Positions 46,214 to 55,842 of a stretch of DNA of 64,000 nt are shown here, piece after piece. The DNA is from a bacterium (GTDB taxonomy: Bacteria; Electryoneota; Electryoneia; Electryoneales; Electryoneaceae). Positions within the stretch are counted from its first letter, which is position 1. The number at the start of each line of letters is the position of its first letter. The stretch lies in NCBI GenBank assembly GCA_963675295.2, contig CAXXKJ010000002.1, forward strand, positions 4,256,001-4,320,000. The letters run 5' to 3'. A program made the position numbers and the translations under genes. The notes beneath the pieces are model-generated. The model saw only the letters and a list, made by a program, of their open reading frames with translations. It was not told the DNA's origin and made no database searches.

Positions 46214-47110
46214 ATGCTCGATTTCCCAGTCAGTGGTGTTGAAACGTGGTGGTGGTTTCCGTTGCTGGTGGCGTTCTGCATATCGGCAACGACCTCGCTC
46301 GGCGGGTTGTCCGGTGCGTTTTTGTTGTTGCCGTTTCAGGTGAGTGTGCTCGGCTTTACCGGCCCGGCGGTCTCCTCCACCAACCTGCTGTACAATGTCG
46401 TCGCGACTCCGGCGGGCGTGGTGGCGATCATCCGGGAGAAGCGGATGGTGTGGCCGTTGGCGCTGGTTTTGGGTGCTGGCACACTGATTGGGGTGTTTCT
46501 CGGGGCGTATGTCCGGATCGCATTGTTGCCCGATGTGCGCGGCTTCAAGCTGTTTGTCGCGATGGTGCTGTTGTACATCGCCGGCCGGTTGCTGCACAGC
46601 GCGTTGCAGCGGACCTCTGCACGCAAGGCTGCCCCCACGGATCGGTTTGAGGTGACGAATACCCGGGTAACACTCCGCCATATCGGGTTTTCGTTCCATG
46701 GAGACGAGTACCAGCTCTCAACGCCGTTCATCTTCCTGCTCAGCGCGGTGGTGGGGGTAGTCGGCACGACCTATGGCATCGGCGGCGGGGCGATCATCGC
46801 GCCGTTCCTCGTCTCGGTGTTCCGGGTGCCGGTGTATGCGATCTCGGGCCCGGCGTTTTTGTCGACGTTCATCTCGTCGGTGGGCGGGGTGGTGGCGTAC
46901 AGCCTGTTTGACCTGCTCGGTTTGTCGCACGGCCTCAATTTGCACCCGGACTGGCTGCTGGGGGTGTTGCTCGGCATCGGCGGCTTCTGCGGAATTTACC
47001 TCGGGTCACGCCTGCAACGGTTTGTCCCGGCACGGATCATCAAGCTGGTGATTTTCGCGGCGATCTCGTTTGTCGTGGTGAAATACGTGGTGGAGTTTTT
47101 CCAGGGATGA
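46214..47110 (+). CDS. TauE/SafE-family (TSUP) sulfur-oxyanion exporter
   Basis: GGLSGAFLLLP and YGIGGGAIIAP duplicated motifs; multi-TM. Confidence 0.85.
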   Translation: MLDFPVSGVETWWWFPLLVAFCISATTSLGGLSGAFLLLPFQVSVLGFTGPAVSSTNLLYNVVATPAGVVAIIREKRMVWPLALVLGAGTLIGVFLGAYVRIALLPDVRGFKLFVAMVLLYIAGRLLHSALQRTSARKAAPTDRFEVTNTRVTLRHIGFSFHGDEYQLSTPFIFLLSAVVGVVGTTYGIGGGAIIAPFLVSVFRVPVYAISGPAFLSTFISSVGGVVAYSLFDLLGLSHGLNLHPDWLLGVLLGIGGFCGIYLGSRLQRFVPARIIKLVIFAAISFVVVKYVVEFFQG

Positions 47111-47114
47111 AAGA

Positions 47115-47209
47115 GGTAATCGGTTGTCGGTTATGGGTAGTCGGTAGTTTTTCGGTCGGGGATCGGGGATCGGGGATCGGGGATCGGGGATCGGGGATCG
47201 GGGATCGGG
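47115..47209. repeat. Heptamer arrays: GGTWRTB x5 then perfect GATCGGG x7
   Basis: 47115-47149 and 47161-47209 directly after the TauE stop. Confidence 0.9.
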
Positions 47210-47229
47210 CAGAGAAGGTAAAAATTGAA

Positions 47230-47255
47230 TTACCACGGACTTCAGTCCGTGGTAA
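47230..47255. repeat. REP-like palindrome TTACCACGGACTTCAGTCCGTGGTAA
   Basis: Near-perfect palindrome, one base different from 51394-51419. Confidence 0.85.
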
Positions 47256-47481
47256 GTAGTTCCTCGCACTTCAGCCCTGACGACTGATTTCCTTGCAATC
47301 TGAAAACGGGACAGCAGGTCATTCCGAACGGAACGAAGAGAAGTGAGGAAGAGCCAGCTCCGCCAACCATTGTGAAATGTAACCTGTTGATAATCTGGAC
47401 CTTCTTCAGGTGCAAACGGACGCACCTTCAGAATGACTTACCTGCCCGCCAACCGCCGACCGCAGCCCGCAGTCCATCTTT

Positions 47482-48315
47482 TCAAAGCACCTCCGTCACT
47501 TCCTGGTACGTCCCGAACTCGAAATCGTTCAGCATCCGCAGCAGGCGCGGCTCGGTGCGTTTCAGGTTCTGGTAGTGGAGGAACTTCGAGACGGGATCGA
47601 GCCCACGGACGCGCGGTTGTTCCGGATCAATTTCCCACGGGTGCAGGTAGAAGCAGAACGGCCGCCCTTCCTGTTCGATCTTTTCGATGGCCCAGCGGGT
47701 GACGCTGTACGGCAGCAGCCGGAAATAGCCGCCGCCGGCGACCGGCATCACACGTCCCGCGACCTCGACCACGGACGGCGGGATCTCGATAATCTCCTGT
47801 CCGTTCGACAGCCGCCGCAGATGCGGCCGTGGCGGCGTGCCGGCGATACCATAGCGCCGCCGTTCGAACGGGAAGATGCTGGTGTCGTAGGTGAAACCGA
47901 GTTCGGCGAGGATTTCCAGCGCCCACAACGATCCGCGGGTGATCGAAAAATTGGACGCGCGGTAGCCTTTGACCTCCACCCCGGCGACATCCTCGATCAA
48001 CTGCTTCGATTCGATCATTTCTTCGCGGAATTCGTCCGGTGTCATCGTGTACACCAGCTGGTGCAGCATCCCGTGGCTGGCGATTTCATGGCCGGCGTCC
48101 GCGACGGCACGGATCAGATCGGGGTTCTTTTCGGCGACCCAACCGAGGACGAAAAAGGTGGCGCGGGTGTTGTGGTCGGCGAGAATTTCGAGCAGACGGC
48201 GGACATTCCCATCCACACGGCTTTCCCGTTCCTCCCAGCTGCTTTGCGGGATGACGCTGGTCAGATTGAGGACGTGGAACCAGTCTTCGAGGTCAATGGA
48301 GAACGCGTGCCGCAC
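47482..48315 (-). CDS. Polysaccharide deacetylase (CE4, XrtA-system/DUF3473-like)
   Basis: Probable GTG start 48315; FSIDLEDWFH, ATFFVLGWVAE, GHEIASHG..H, GGGYFR, FYLHPWEIDP. Confidence 0.88.
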   Translation of the reverse strand: MRHAFSIDLEDWFHVLNLTSVIPQSSWEERESRVDGNVRRLLEILADHNTRATFFVLGWVAEKNPDLIRAVADAGHEIASHGMLHQLVYTMTPDEFREEMIESKQLIEDVAGVEVKGYRASNFSITRGSLWALEILAELGFTYDTSIFPFERRRYGIAGTPPRPHLRRLSNGQEIIEIPPSVVEVAGRVMPVAGGGYFRLLPYSVTRWAIEKIEQEGRPFCFYLHPWEIDPEQPRVRGLDPVSKFLHYQNLKRTEPRLLRMLNDFEFGTYQEVTEVL

Positions 48316-48436
48316 AGCAAAATCCCTTGTTTCATACGGTCGAACGGAAGATAGGGAGCGCAGCTGTCTCCGGCTCGTGACAGCGGTTCCCTCGTGCCGT
48401 ATGTTGAGCACGATGGAAGCTAACCGAGAGATCCCG

Positions 48437-48889
48437 ATGCGACGCATTGTTTTGCTTTTCGTACTCCCCGTGCTCCTGTCGGCACTGCTGTTTGCCGGCT
48501 GTGAGGAAGACAGTAGCCCGGGCGACACCAGCGACCAGCCGTATGTGGGTCACCCGTTGGTCGGAACGTGGCTGCAGCTGGGCACGACGTACCACTATGA
48601 CGGCGACGACGACCTGGACGAGCCCTCCCCCGATTCGACGTGGTTCACCTTCAACGCCAGCGGCACCGCGGTGTATAAGCAATCGTGGCAGGGCGGGTAT
48701 CACGAACAGTTGTACGAATGGTCGGTGGCGGACACGTTGCTGACGCTGAATTCCGACATCTCGCTGAACACCGGCGTGTTTGCCTACGAGGTTGCCGCCG
48801 ATACGTTCCGCTACACCCTCCAGCTCAGCGAACCCGCCGGAGACGGCCTCACCGGCTGGACATACGCGTACCGCAGGTTGCACGAGTAG
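48437..48889 (+). CDS. Lipocalin-like lipoprotein
   Basis: Lipobox LFAGC; HPLVGTW motif; FTFNASGT. Confidence 0.7.
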   Translation: MRRIVLLFVLPVLLSALLFAGCEEDSSPGDTSDQPYVGHPLVGTWLQLGTTYHYDGDDDLDEPSPDSTWFTFNASGTAVYKQSWQGGYHEQLYEWSVADTLLTLNSDISLNTGVFAYEVAADTFRYTLQLSEPAGDGLTGWTYAYRRLHE

Positions 48890-48968
48890 TCCCCCGCCTA
48901 TCCGGGCAGTACCAGCGAGTATTGAACGAAGCGTGGCCCGGCTTGGCGTGTTTATCCAAGTCGGGTGT

Positions 48969-49140
48969 CAAATCCAGGGGACATCTGCGGGCACTGGGGA
49001 ATGTTGGTACGGTGAATTCCACGCGGGATCGCTCACAGCATGAGATTCGGCAAAACGTCTGGTCTGTGCCGGCAGGTGTCCCCGAATTCTGCAACCCGCG
49101 ATAGCCGCTGATACAGACCAGCGGACAGCCATCCGTGGCA
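48969..49140. repeat. ~170-bp dispersed repeat with inverted arms (MITE-like), copy A
   Basis: First 39 nt identical to 52175 copy; arms GGGGACATCTGCGGGCAC / GTGCCGGCAGGTGTCCCC. Confidence 0.8.
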
Positions 49141-49238
49141 GGACTGATTGGCAGAAGCTTCCCCAAGTTCACGTTTGTTGAATTCCACAAAATCTATCAC
49201 TAGGTTATTTAATTATCACGACTTGAATGGGAGAAATC

Positions 49239-50132
49239 ATGCGTCACGCCGCAACCTCCGCTGTCATCCTGCTCGCAACCCTGGCCCTTCTCATGCTAAC
49301 CGGCTGTCCAGGTATTGATAGACCAGACGAGTTTGAGAGTTTCACCGAGGACGACATTATCGGCGTCTGGTCGCTGACGTGGATGGCGACTGACAGCAAC
49401 CGGGTGGATGAAACATACCGTGTGCTGCCCGGTTCATTCGGCTGGAGCATCCGTCGGAACGGCGATTCGTTGCGGGTGAAGTATTTCAGCATGGGGGAAC
49501 TGCAGTACGTGCGAAACGCGTATTATGACGGCGATTCCCTCTGGCTGGCGTATCCGGAATACGCGGACAACCGTCACAGCCCGATCCACCTGGTGCCGGA
49601 CGGCGAGTTCCTGCGCACCACCTACGACGGGCACTATTACGAAAACGCCGAGTATTATCCGGATCGGCTGCACGTCCTCTACGAATCCATGCCGCTCGAC
49701 CACGCGTTCGAATATCCGATGAGTGACGCACTGGCCGAACAAATCCTCGCAAAATGGGATTTCGCGCTCTACGATTCGCTCTGCTTCGAGCTCGCGCAGT
49801 TGGAACCTGCTGATATCTTCGACCCCGTTGGCGGTTTCACCGGCACCCGTAACGACTGGACCCAACTCAGCGCCTACATGAAATCCAGCTACGTCTGGAA
49901 TGGAAGCTTCGATATCTTCGACGCCGGGGACGACCGTCACCTGGCGTACGCCGCCTTGTGCCGGCCGGAAGCTGCGGGGATTGGCTGGACGGACTGGGCG
50001 GAAGGCCGTTCGCTGGACGAGATCATCGCCATCCTCGAGGATAACGACTGGCAGTGGCCCGGCGGCAGCGAGGACTTCGTCGCCATTCTGGAGGATCTGC
50101 ACGTCTGGTGGCGCTATCCCGGGCGAGAGTAA
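49239..50132 (+). CDS. Hypothetical lipoprotein
   Basis: ATG 49239 after GGGAGA; lipobox LTGC; IIGVW lipocalin-like start. Confidence 0.65.
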   Translation: MRHAATSAVILLATLALLMLTGCPGIDRPDEFESFTEDDIIGVWSLTWMATDSNRVDETYRVLPGSFGWSIRRNGDSLRVKYFSMGELQYVRNAYYDGDSLWLAYPEYADNRHSPIHLVPDGEFLRTTYDGHYYENAEYYPDRLHVLYESMPLDHAFEYPMSDALAEQILAKWDFALYDSLCFELAQLEPADIFDPVGGFTGTRNDWTQLSAYMKSSYVWNGSFDIFDAGDDRHLAYAALCRPEAAGIGWTDWAEGRSLDEIIAILEDNDWQWPGGSEDFVAILEDLHVWWRYPGRE

Positions 50133-50299
50133 GACAGTCGTAGTTTCGATCTTCGTGGCTGGCCTACCGGATTCACTCGCCTGTCTGAATGCAATCTGTC
50201 TCCCCGGGATCTGCCGCGGCTCCGTTGCGCGGGGGGACGCAGGCTGCTACGTTCCCGTCATTAACGACACCGTACCCACCTGACCGGGAAGTCCGTTTC

Positions 50300-51322
50300 A
50301 TGAGCGAGAAGAAGCCAGCGACGTACAAGGATGCCGGGGTTGACATTGACGCCGGCGAGGAGCTGATCCGGCGGATCAAGCCGGCGGTGAAGAAAACCTT
50401 CGGGCCGGAAGTCGCCAGCGACCTCGGGTTGTTCGGCGGCGCGTTCCGGCTGGACACCTCCGGGATGACCGATCCGGTGCTGATCAGCAGCACGGACGGC
50501 GTCGGCACCAAGACGTTGGTCGCGACCTGGGCCAACCGTCACCGGAACATCGGCCGCGACCTGGTGCACCATTGCATCAACGACATCTTCACCGGCGGCG
50601 CGCGTCCCCTCTTCTTCCTCGACTATTTCGCGACGTCGAAGCTGGATGTGGACGTCGCCGAGGCGGTGATCGGCGGGCTGGCGGAAGCGTGCGCGGATTC
50701 GAAAGTCGCGCTGGTCGGAGGTGAGACGGCGGAAATGCCGTCCGTCTACCACGAGGGCGGGTACGATCTCGCCGGCACGATTGTCGGTGTCGTCGACGCA
50801 GCAAACATGATCGACGGCTCGAAGATCCAGGAAGGCGACATGCTGATCGGGCTGCCGTCCAGCGGGCTGCACACGAACGGCTACACGCTTGCGCGCAAGG
50901 TGCTGATCGAGCAGACCGATTTTACGCCGACGGACGTGCTGCCGGGTATGAATGTGGACCTCGCGGACGCTCTGCTCGCGCCGCACACGTGCTACGCCTG
51001 CACCGTTTCACGGTGGCTCGACAAGCGGCTGCCGGTGCATGGCATGGCGCACATCACCGGCGGCGGCATCGAGGGCAACACAAAACGCATCATCCCGGAC
51101 GGCCTGCGCGCGGAGATCGAGTGGGACCGTTGGGAATGGCCGCAACTGTTCCAGCACATTCACGAGATGGGCGAGGTGCCGGTGGAGGATATGCGGCGCA
51201 CGTTCAACCTCGGCGTCGGCTGGGTGCTGATTTTGCCGGCGTGGCGTGCGAAGGAATTGATCATCCACTCGATCAACTCGGACCTGCGTCCCTTCCGTAT
51301 CGGGACTGTAGTGAAAGACTAG
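50300..51322 (+). CDS. purM: Phosphoribosylformylglycinamidine cyclo-ligase (AIR synthetase)
   Basis: TYKDAGVDIDAG, STDGVGTK, PLFFLDY, GGETAEMP, SSGLHTNGY, AHITGGG, RTFNLG. Confidence 0.97.
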   Translation: MSEKKPATYKDAGVDIDAGEELIRRIKPAVKKTFGPEVASDLGLFGGAFRLDTSGMTDPVLISSTDGVGTKTLVATWANRHRNIGRDLVHHCINDIFTGGARPLFFLDYFATSKLDVDVAEAVIGGLAEACADSKVALVGGETAEMPSVYHEGGYDLAGTIVGVVDAANMIDGSKIQEGDMLIGLPSSGLHTNGYTLARKVLIEQTDFTPTDVLPGMNVDLADALLAPHTCYACTVSRWLDKRLPVHGMAHITGGGIEGNTKRIIPDGLRAEIEWDRWEWPQLFQHIHEMGEVPVEDMRRTFNLGVGWVLILPAWRAKELIIHSINSDLRPFRIGTVVKD

Positions 51323-51326
51323 CGGC

Positions 51327-51382
51327 GAGTGATGAGTGATGAGTGATGATTGGTGAGTGGTGAGTGATGTGTGATGAGTGGT
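51327..51382. repeat. Heptamer tandem repeat (GAGTGAT-like x8)
   Basis: Starts 5 nt after the purM stop. Confidence 0.85.
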
Positions 51383-51392
51383 GAGTACATTT

Positions 51393-51420
51393 ATTACCAC
51401 GGACTTAAGTCCGTGGTAAT
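51393..51420. repeat. Perfect 28-bp palindrome ATTACCACGGACTTAAGTCCGTGGTAAT
   Basis: Direct inspection; same family as 47230. Confidence 0.9.
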
Positions 51421-51428
51421 GGCAAGAA

Positions 51429-51460
51429 CCGGGGACACTTACTCCGCTAAGTGTCCCCGG
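51429..51460. repeat. REP-like palindrome, GGGGACAC family (copy 3)
   Basis: CCGGGGACACTTA-ctccgc-TAAGTGTCCCCGG. Confidence 0.85.
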
Positions 51461-51606
51461 CTCTGTTTGGGTTAGGGTTGGTTCTGTTCACAGCTCACCG
51501 CTCACAGCTCAGAGCTGGTCTCCACAGAGCAAAGGGACAGCCCGGTTCCGCAGGACTATCCCGTTGTTTTTCTCAAGACTCAAGACTCAGGACTCGCGAC
51601 TCAGGA

Positions 51607-52032
51607 CTAGAGAAGAGTCGCCTCAACCTTGATCTCGACGGCGGCGAGCGCCTGCGACACCGGGCAGCCGGTCTTGGTCGCGGTGGCAAACTCCTGGAAC
51701 GTGTCGTTGTCGATGCCCGGCACCTTGGCTTCGGTGGTCAGTTCGATCAGGGTGATGCTGAATCCGGCTTCACCCTTGGTCAAGTGGACCTTGGCGCTGG
51801 TGTTGACCTGTTCCGGGTTGTGACCAGCAGTGGCGAGTCCATGCGCGAGGGCCATCGAGTAGCAGCCGGCGTGCGCGGCGGCGATCAGCTCTTCCGGGTT
51901 GGTGCCAGTGCCTTCCTCGAAGCGTGAAGTGGCTGAGTACTGGCCCTCGAAGGCGCCGCCACCAAATTTCATCGTTCCGTTTCCGTGCGGCAGGTCACCG
52001 TTCCAGGTCGCGTTGGCTGTCCGTTTCGGCAT
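51607..52032 (-). CDS. osmC: OsmC-family peroxiredoxin
   Basis: Start ATG 52032 after AAGGA; [33 protein letters not shown]. Confidence 0.93.
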   Translation of the reverse strand: MPKRTANATWNGDLPHGNGTMKFGGGAFEGQYSATSRFEEGTGTNPEELIAAAHAGCYSMALAHGLATAGHNPEQVNTSAKVHLTKGEAGFSITLIELTTEAKVPGIDNDTFQEFATATKTGCPVSQALAAVEIKVEATLL

Positions 52033-52174
52033 GGGGGATTCCTTTCGTGTCGTGTCGTTGTGTATCGGGATGATGGTTCGTTGACTGGTTGTGTCGAATG
52101 CGTCACGAGTATACGTCCGGCGGGGTTCCGTGGGATGCGCGAAGACGGGGAGCCGCCGAGCTCGGAGCCCCTGG

Positions 52175-52341
52175 CAAATCCAGGGGACATCTGCGGGCAC
52201 TGGGGAATGTTGGCTGGTGAAAAGACGCTGGATCGCTCACCGCAGGGATTCAGAAAAACATTTCGACTGTGCCGGCAGGTGTCCCCGGATTGTGTCAACC
52301 CCCGATTGCCGCTGAAACGGACCAGCAGACAATCACGGGCA
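52175..52341. repeat. ~170-bp dispersed repeat with inverted arms (MITE-like), copy B
   Basis: Colinear with 48969-49140; AATCCAGGGGACATCTGCGGGCAC ... GTGCCGGCAGGTGTCCCCGGATT. Confidence 0.8.
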
Positions 52342-52527
52342 CGTTGTCTGTTGAGCCCCAAGCCCGGAGCCCAGAGCCTGCTGTTCGAGTCCCGAGCCCG
52401 CCTTTCACCCCTCCTCGCGGAGTCCTGCGGGGGTTGCGGAACCGCCGTTTCCATGCGTTATCTTCCGTGTCACTGTAAAAACGTTCCACCCGGTCATGCG
52501 CCGGGTTTGCAAGCGAAGGAGTGAAGC

Positions 52528-52698
52528 ATGGCCGCCAAGGGTGCGCGTGAAAAGATCCGGCTGGTATCATCCGCCGGGACCGGTCATTTCTACACGACGT
52601 TCAAGAACCGTCGCAACACGACTGGCAAGATGGAGATCAAGAAGTACGATCCGACCATCAAGAAGCATGTGCTGTACAAGGAATCCAAGATCGGGTAA
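52528..52698 (+). CDS. rpmG: 50S ribosomal protein L33 (Cys-free form), 56 aa, missed by ORF track
   Basis: Manual translation [56 protein letters not shown]; AAGGAG RBS. Confidence 0.97.
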   Translation: MAAKGAREKIRLVSSAGTGHFYTTFKNRRNTTGKMEIKKYDPTIKKHVLYKESKIG

Positions 52699-52727
52699 CG
52701 CTCGATTCTGGTTCGATTGATTGTCTC

Positions 52728-52751
52728 AAGCTCCCCTCGGGGAGCTTTTTT
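52728..52751 (+). terminator. Intrinsic terminator after rpmG
   Basis: AAGCTCCC-ctcg-GGGAGCTT-TTTT. Confidence 0.8.
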
Positions 52752-52841
52752 CGTTTGCACCGTGTCGGCAAGCTTTGCATCCAAGGGGTACCATTCATAA
52801 ACAAAAGGCAGCTTCACCAGCTGTCGAACCTGGAGGATACG

Positions 52842-53237
52842 ATGCAGAATATTGGGGGCTATGCTCACAAGGTGACGACCTCGTTGCCGTTTGAGGACGC
52901 GATCAACAAGGTGACCGAGCTGTTGAAGACAGAAGGCTTCGGCGTGTTGACCGAGATCGACGTCACCGGCACGTTGAAGAAGAAGATCGATGTAGATTAC
53001 AAGCCGTACCGGATTCTCGGCGCCTGCAATCCGCCGTTCGCGCACAAGGCGTTGGAAGCGGAGAATCTGGTCGGTGTGCTGCTGCCGTGCAACGTGGCGA
53101 TCTGGGATGACGGCGACGAGCGTGTTGTCGCGGCGATGGACGCGCGTTTCATGGGGACGCTGTTGGACAACCAGGGAGTCAAGGACCTGGCCGAACAGGT
53201 TAACGCCAAGCTGGAAAACGTGCTGAAGCAGTTGTAA
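52842..53237 (+). CDS. DUF302-family protein
   Basis: ATG 52842 after GGAGG; GFGVLTEIDV, YRILGACNP..A, GVLLPCNV. Confidence 0.88.
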   Translation: MQNIGGYAHKVTTSLPFEDAINKVTELLKTEGFGVLTEIDVTGTLKKKIDVDYKPYRILGACNPPFAHKALEAENLVGVLLPCNVAIWDDGDERVVAAMDARFMGTLLDNQGVKDLAEQVNAKLENVLKQL

Positions 53238-53298
53238 TACATTTGCCCGCAAATGGTCTTGCCCGTGTTGGCTTTGTCAATGCGGGTTTTCTCACTTG

Positions 53299-53332
53299 AC
53301 CGGGGACACTTTGGGGACAAAGTGTCCCCGGT
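53299..53332. repeat. REP-like palindrome, GGGGACAC family (copy 4)
   Basis: ACCGGGGACACTTTG-ggga-CAAAGTGTCCCCGGT. Confidence 0.85.
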
Positions 53333-53450
53333 TTCATCTCCCCAATTCAACGCTGCGGCCAACAACCCCATCCTCCCACGTTCCACTGTTGGTTTTTCCT
53401 CACCCACTCAGTAGGTTTCCCCCGATGCGAACAACGAACGGACAGAGGAC

Positions 53451-54395
53451 ATGCTGATCGCGGTTGGATTGTTACTTGCCGGACTGGTCCTGCTGGTGCT
53501 CGGCGGTGAGGGCGCGGTGCGCGGCGGAAGCGCGCTGGCGTCTCGGTTCAACGTGCGGCCGTACGTGATCGGCGCCACCGTGGTCGCATTCGGCACCTCC
53601 GCGCCAGAGCTGGCGGTGACAGTGACCGCCGCGCTCAAGGGCGAGCCCGGGCTGGCGTTGGGAAACGTGGTCGGCTCGAACATCGCCAACCTCGGCCTGA
53701 TCCTCGGCCTCGCGGCGTTGGTGACCCCGATCGCGATGGCGAAGCAGCAGATCCGTCAGGAGCTTCCCGTGGTGATCACGGTGCTCGGCATGCTGCTCGT
53801 GTTCGCGTGGGATCGTCACATCGCACGATGGGAAGGTGTGGTGCTGATGATCGCGATGACGGCGGTCATCGTCCTCACCCTGCGCCGGCACCGGAACGAC
53901 AAGTCCACTGATTCAACCGAAAATTCTTCCGCTGCACCTCCGGCGACATCATTGCCAATGTCTCTACTGATCGTGCTCGGCGGTCTGGTTGGTTTGTACC
54001 TCGGCGGCCAGTTGCTGGTGGACGGCGCGGTGCGGATCGCGGAATGGTGGGGTGTGCCGCAGTGGGTGATCGGTGTGGTGATTGTCGCGGCGGGGACCAG
54101 CATGCCGGAGGTCGCGGCATCGGTGGTCGCGGCGGTGCGCGGGCACGGCGAGATTGCGCTGGGCAACGTGCTCGGCTCGAACACATTCAACGTGCTGCTG
54201 GTACTCGGTGTTGGATCGACCATCCGTCCGATCGGTGTCGATGTCGACATCACGATGGACCTGATCATTGTCAGCCTGTTCACGTTGCTGCCCGGGTTAA
54301 CACTGTTGTTGCAGTCGCGCGTGCCACGTTGGACCGGCGGGTTGTTGCTGCTCGGATACGTCGCCTACGTGGTGCTGAAAATCGCTGTTCGCTAG
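53451..54395 (+). CDS. Ca2+/Na+ antiporter (YrbG-like, CaCA family)
   Basis: Two alpha repeats GTSAPE...GNVVGSN and GTSMPE...GNVLGSN. Confidence 0.92.
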   Translation: MLIAVGLLLAGLVLLVLGGEGAVRGGSALASRFNVRPYVIGATVVAFGTSAPELAVTVTAALKGEPGLALGNVVGSNIANLGLILGLAALVTPIAMAKQQIRQELPVVITVLGMLLVFAWDRHIARWEGVVLMIAMTAVIVLTLRRHRNDKSTDSTENSSAAPPATSLPMSLLIVLGGLVGLYLGGQLLVDGAVRIAEWWGVPQWVIGVVIVAAGTSMPEVAASVVAAVRGHGEIALGNVLGSNTFNVLLVLGVGSTIRPIGVDVDITMDLIIVSLFTLLPGLTLLLQSRVPRWTGGLLLLGYVAYVVLKIAVR

Positions 54396-54496
54396 GGTTG
54401 TGTCCGATCGTGACTTGCATTCCCCTACCGATTCAGATAACGTTAAGGAATGCCGGGATACGGTTGTTCCTGGCGTCCACCAGCACGGACTACCCC

Positions 54497-55357
54497 ATGA
54501 CCTCGCCTCGACGTGCCGTTTCCCCGCTGATTGCGCTTCCTTTGCTCATCATGTTGCCACTACTGATGCTGACCGCCTGTGATAACGGGGACGGTCCAAC
54601 CGAGTCCGATCCCGATCCCGGCGATGCCGCCGCCGCGCAGGCGTACCGGGTCGAAGCGACGCTGAAGATCGCGTTCACCGATATCCAGAGCCGCTTGAAT
54701 GGCAGTCAGGCCCAGTTGATCGGCATTGACTACGCTCAACCGGGCGCGGGCGATGTGCTCGAGGACCTTGTCGAGTTCTCGGACCCCAGCGTCTGGGCGT
54801 CGGGGATTCTCAACGATGCGGGCACGGTTGTGCGCGCTTACCCGGACGAGATCCAGACGATCATCGGCCAATCGTGGGCGACTCGGTCGGAGGTGGACGC
54901 CGCGTTAACCGAGATCAGTCTCAATGTGGGGCCGGTGCGTGATCTGATGGACATTCGTTCGGTTTACTACACCCGTACCATTGGCACAGCAACCATCGAA
55001 GGGGTGCTGTTGGCCGCGATGGATATTGATACGCTGTTCACGGAGAACGTGACCTTCACCGGCATCGACACCGTTGCCGATCAGGAGTTCTTCGCGCTGG
55101 ACTATTCCGGCGAGATTCTTTACACCACCAGCGGCAGCCATGTCGGAGAGTTGTTCATTGATCCGGCAGTCTTCAGCGACGATCAGGTTGCGGTGGCGGA
55201 GATGATGATCGATCCGGGCAATGATACCAACACGGCGTTGCTCGATTTCACCGGCGCACCCGGTGGTGATGGGATGCGGTATGTCGGCTGGACACAGTTG
55301 CAGGTGATCGAGGATCACATCTGGGTGCTCGCGGTGACCATGGTTGCGGACGAGTGA
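54497..55357 (+). CDS. Lipoprotein, possibly with a stand-alone Cache-like domain
   Basis: Lipobox LTAC; ILNDAGTVVRAYP and FALDYSGEILY...HVG, WVLAV resemble dCache elements. Confidence 0.6.
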   Translation: MTSPRRAVSPLIALPLLIMLPLLMLTACDNGDGPTESDPDPGDAAAAQAYRVEATLKIAFTDIQSRLNGSQAQLIGIDYAQPGAGDVLEDLVEFSDPSVWASGILNDAGTVVRAYPDEIQTIIGQSWATRSEVDAALTEISLNVGPVRDLMDIRSVYYTRTIGTATIEGVLLAAMDIDTLFTENVTFTGIDTVADQEFFALDYSGEILYTTSGSHVGELFIDPAVFSDDQVAVAEMMIDPGNDTNTALLDFTGAPGGDGMRYVGWTQLQVIEDHIWVLAVTMVADE

Positions 55358-55371
55358 GAACAGGGGGATAT

Positions 55372-55842
55372 GTGGTGAAGCAGGTACTATATACGGGTTT
55401 GCTGGTGATCTTGTTCGCGTTGCTGGGTTGTGGAAAATCCGGCGACACGCAGCAGGCCGGGCGGGACACAACCAGTGAAGCTGTCACCGCAGAACAGGTC
55501 ATGAGAGTACCCGAACCGGACGAACCCTTGTGGCCCGAGGGAACCACATTCAACGATTCCACCCGCATGGCAACCATCGTCATCCGCAGTCTTGCCCTGG
55601 ATCAGATTTACAACCGTGCGGTGCAGGAATATGGGTCCGACCTCAAGGGTGTGATCAGTGTTCGCATGATCATTGAACCCAGTGGAGTTGTCAGCCAGGT
55701 TGAATTGCTTGATGATCAGTGGAATAAATCGTATGCAGCCTCGCTGACCGACTCGATGCTTTTCAACCTCCAGATGTGGACGTTTCCGCCAGGACTGGAC
55801 GCACCGTTGGCCTGGGTGCAACCCTTCAAGTTTGAGCGATAG
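55372..55842 (+). CDS. Lipoprotein with TonB-C/AgmX-like C-terminal domain
   Basis: Lipobox LLGC; IYNRA...LKG.ISVRMIIEPSG.V...WTFP...PFKF. Confidence 0.65.
   Translation: MVKQVLYTGLLVILFALLGCGKSGDTQQAGRDTTSEAVTAEQVMRVPEPDEPLWPEGTTFNDSTRMATIVIRSLALDQIYNRAVQEYGSDLKGVISVRMIIEPSGVVSQVELLDDQWNKSYAASLTDSMLFNLQMWTFPPGLDAPLAWVQPFKFER

Noticed and set aside
47161-47209. CRISPR array suggested by regular repeats here and elsewhere
   Set aside because: Units are contiguous 7-9-mers with no unique spacers; no cas genes in the window
52353-52400. tRNA suggested by GTTCGAGTCCC
   Set aside because: No cloverleaf or acceptor stem; it lies within GAGCCC-type heptamer repeats
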